DNA of 64,000 bases from the NCBI GenBank assembly GCA_047495785.1, contig JBLDXI010000042.1, forward strand, positions 248,001-312,000. The letters are read 5' to 3'. Under the pieces are notes generated by a model. The model did not search any database. It was not told the origin of the DNA and was given only the letters and a program-made list of their open reading frames with translations. The stretch comes from Lepidodermella squamata (taxonomy: Eukaryota > Animalia > Gastrotricha). Of this stretch, positions 62,401-64,000 are shown one piece after another. The stretch's first letter is position 1, and every line of letters begins with the position of its first letter. A program made the translations under genes and the position numbers.

Positions 62401-63235
62401 CATTGCGTATGCTCTTAGTAACGTTGCGCAATTTGCCGCGAATCCCAACACTCACCACAGGACTGCTCTCAAACGCATATTTCGGTACCTAAAAGGTACG
62501 CTCGATTTTTCGCTGTGCTATTCCGCTACTCAGCCTGCACAACTCACTGGCTTCTGCGATGCGAGTTGGGGGGGTGAGGTTGATCGCCGTTCGACCACCG
62601 GTTACGTCTTTACATTTAGCGGTGGTCCGGTCGCTTGGTGCTCCAAGAAACAGCGCTCTGTTGCCCTCTCATCTGCAGAAGCAGAGTACATAGCTTTTGC
62701 ATCTGCGTGCCAAGAAGCCATGTGGTTGCGACAACTGTTTTTTGATTTTTCTCCACTCTCGTCGCCTACAATAATTCACACCGATAATCTGTCTGCTAAA
62801 AGTATTGCAGAAAATCAAGTTGTAAGCGCTCGATCCAAGCATATTGACATTCGTTTACATTTTTGCCGCGATTTGATTGAGAAAAAGGTGATCAAGCCTG
62901 AATGGATGAGCACTCAAGAAATGCCCGCTGATTTACTAACAAAAAGTTTGCCAAAAGCCCGATTTTCCACGCTCTCTTCACGTTTACTCGAAAAATCTAT
63001 GAAAAGTTTTTTGATTTTTGCGTTTCTAACAAGTTTCATGTTCTTACCTGTTGCATCTCAGAACATGACGATGCAGTACATAACGAACACAATTAACACA
63101 ACTAATAGCGCTCCTAGAAGCGCCCATTTCGCTTTTCTCACACTATCCGACACAACGACTACACGTGGTAGAAGTTGCACAAGTTTACACAAGTTGCATC
63201 CTACTTCTACGAACTGGCCGTTAAAAATGGCGTAG
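59441..63235 (+). CDS. pol: Copia Pol (PR-IN-RT-RNaseH) with a C-terminal extension
   Basis: WVVDSGASDH, LWHRRLGH..CESC, VHSDICGP, YKARLVAQGF, FVDDIL, ADLLTK. Confidence 0.93.
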   Translation: MFQKEIHSNSKNRNHQNRYQNSSPSRSHSQGNRRNNGKKHFKSPKNAHFAQNQNVGLMMISGLIGSTYGGDFKHLWVVDSGASDHMTNNRENLLDYHPFSSPKLITIGDGNSVEALGEGKIQFQAGKKEITLNRVLYIPNIAANLMSVPSVMRSGGSVKFKGSTCHVKGPSGALLVVAKLDGGLMVLPWLPKTNFSFVANDNSHNLLWHRRLGHTNHATARFMCDHDCVEGLEYKKQELGFCESCVKAKIHRLPHPPREILAARKFERVHSDICGPMPVESFGRKRYLLIFIDDYSRYAFPYFIRSRSEVFAKYKEFEAMVQRQFGCQIGIFRCDGAKEYLSEEFSAHLRAQGTLREYTVAHTPQHNSVAERYFRTVTEMTRAMLIHAYMPKRFWADGYAVAVYLRNRILTRATGKTPYELLYDAVPSLKHLKVFGCKAFAHVVERFRDRFDAKAREMIFVGYATEQFGYRLFDPTNSKFYVRRDVTFNEDDFYYKPDEPTVVVTPNYLDDFDDFPPAGAASGGDTNDLNATTATTPAELNASDLTSRDSASGDDFDFVPTSHLSNSTDNIAELERDVANTVIVSAQPEGLPDPPRRKPGRPRKIPPGQRSVHDVYVKKKAAAKPSLRVQPARTCKKSSSVSPAEATNHSFNHVNEDDDLPSAHAFLTVACPEEPRTYAEAIASPDSDKWLAAMQDEMRSHAEHGTYVLIPRPSGESTVGCKWVLRIKRKADGTVERYKARLVAQGFTQRYGENYLDTYSPVVRYASIRAVISFAISQDMILWQCDVKTAYLNSDADFRILMEQPPGFIEGDLLPNGKTALCCLIRRGIYGLRQSGRLWHLKFSSVLLSLGFTRSMADPSVFIYRVDGLCILTVFVDDILAACSSQEVLDKLKSMLTAHFSISDLGPLSFLLGVHFTRSKDCIYLNQRQYLLKILERFGLADANPVSTPCDTNHLLPSDAYARSVDKKLFQQMVGSLLYASTSTRPDIAYALSNVAQFAANPNTHHRTALKRIFRYLKGTLDFSLCYSATQPAQLTGFCDASWGGEVDRRSTTGYVFTFSGGPVAWCSKKQRSVALSSAEAEYIAFASACQEAMWLRQLFFDFSPLSSPTIIHTDNLSAKSIAENQVVSARSKHIDIRLHFCRDLIEKKVIKPEWMSTQEMPADLLTKSLPKARFSTLSSRLLEKSMKSFLIFAFLTSFMFLPVASQNMTMQYITNTINTTNSAPRSAHFAFLTLSDTTTTRGRSCTSLHKLHPTSTNWPLKMA

Positions 63236-64000
63236 AAGTTGTGCATTACGATGCTGCTTTCGATGTGAATGACGACTTGTTATCTGGATTGATACTCTCA
63301 GGCGCAAGGATTGTCGTTTATGAAATTTCCGATTCTACCAATGCAATGCTTTTTCTTTGCAAATGCTTCAGTTTCGGATTGACTGGACCTCGTTACGTGT
63401 TTGTCATGGCCGGAAACTCTTTTGGGGATCTCACTCTAAGACTCGATGTAATCGCTCCGGGATGTACCAAGGCAATTGTCTCGCAACAGTATAAATATAC
63501 AGTTTTCATGGATCAATCTGGTCAAGCTTTGGGGTCGAAAACACTGGTAAAACCAGTCTAGGGTATGACTCGAAGCAGTTTGACGAAATGCTTGATAAAG
63601 CCGTCCACGATGCGAGAAACATGTCCGGCTACAGCAGACGCTACATCTGCCATGATGCATACCTTCAAGCTATCCTAACGCTAGACGGGGCTGAAAGGAT
63701 CCTTAACTTGAACAACCTCACACTCAGTGATTACGAGAAATATCTTCAGATAGTCATGGACGCCGCGAATAAAAGTGCGGCTGCTATCAAGTCTGTCGGC
63801 TTTAGGCATGGCTTTATCGAGTATTCGAGTAGGCTGGAACAGGATTCAGAGCCTCAGTACATTTTCCAGTGGATACCTGAGGAAAATAGAGCACGGATCA
63901 ACTACGAAATCACTCTGCAGCCCAGCAAATCAAATTCGAGTGATATCTCTATTTCGATTCGCAATTTCGAACCTTTCGTCTGGTATACGGAGACTACGCA
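63190..64000 (+). repeat. Exact duplicate of GPCR copy 8 segment 57356-58166
   Basis: Offset 5,834 bp; appears identical by eye, including the 1-bp frameshift. Confidence 0.9.

Larger units (their letters stand above)
58495..63189 (+). mobile_element. Ty1/Copia LTR retrotransposon, 3' LTR absent
   Basis: LTR starts tgttgg (58495) and contains TATA and AATAAA. Copia-type PBS ggttatgggcc (58693). Domain order gag, PR, IN, RT, RH. Confidence 0.93.

Overview
Eukaryotic, gene-dense invertebrate-like genomic DNA with short (~37-55 nt) spliceosomal introns and many small non-autonomous transposons. Left part: (i) a cluster of orphan class A (rhodopsin-like) GPCR paralogs; (ii) a 3,169-bp DNA transposon (6114-9282) with 41-bp TIRs starting CATTATG and a 5-bp TSD. 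It encodes a RAG1/Transib-like DDE transposase plus a convergent Myb/SANT-like gene, and it sits inside the coding exon of a Ly6/three-finger-type surface protein, separating the ectodomain from the predicted GPI-anchor tail; (iii) RING-CH (MARCH-like) genes, one with two RING-CH+TM modules; (iv) a predicted secreted i-type lysozyme fused through a GC-AG intron to a bacterial/fungal-like Zn peptidase (M15/LAS-like) domain; (v) a CR1-like LINE fragment; (vi) a stand-alone glutaminase-type ankyrin gene and a signal-peptide ankyrin gene. Right part: a birth-and-death array of intronless GABA-B-like class C GPCRs (3 intact, the rest frameshifted, MITE-disrupted or relic). It ends in a Ty1/Copia element lacking its 3' LTR, followed by an exact re-duplication of GPCR sequence. 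All family calls come from motif reading by eye; no searches were run, and the spliced gene models are manual predictions.
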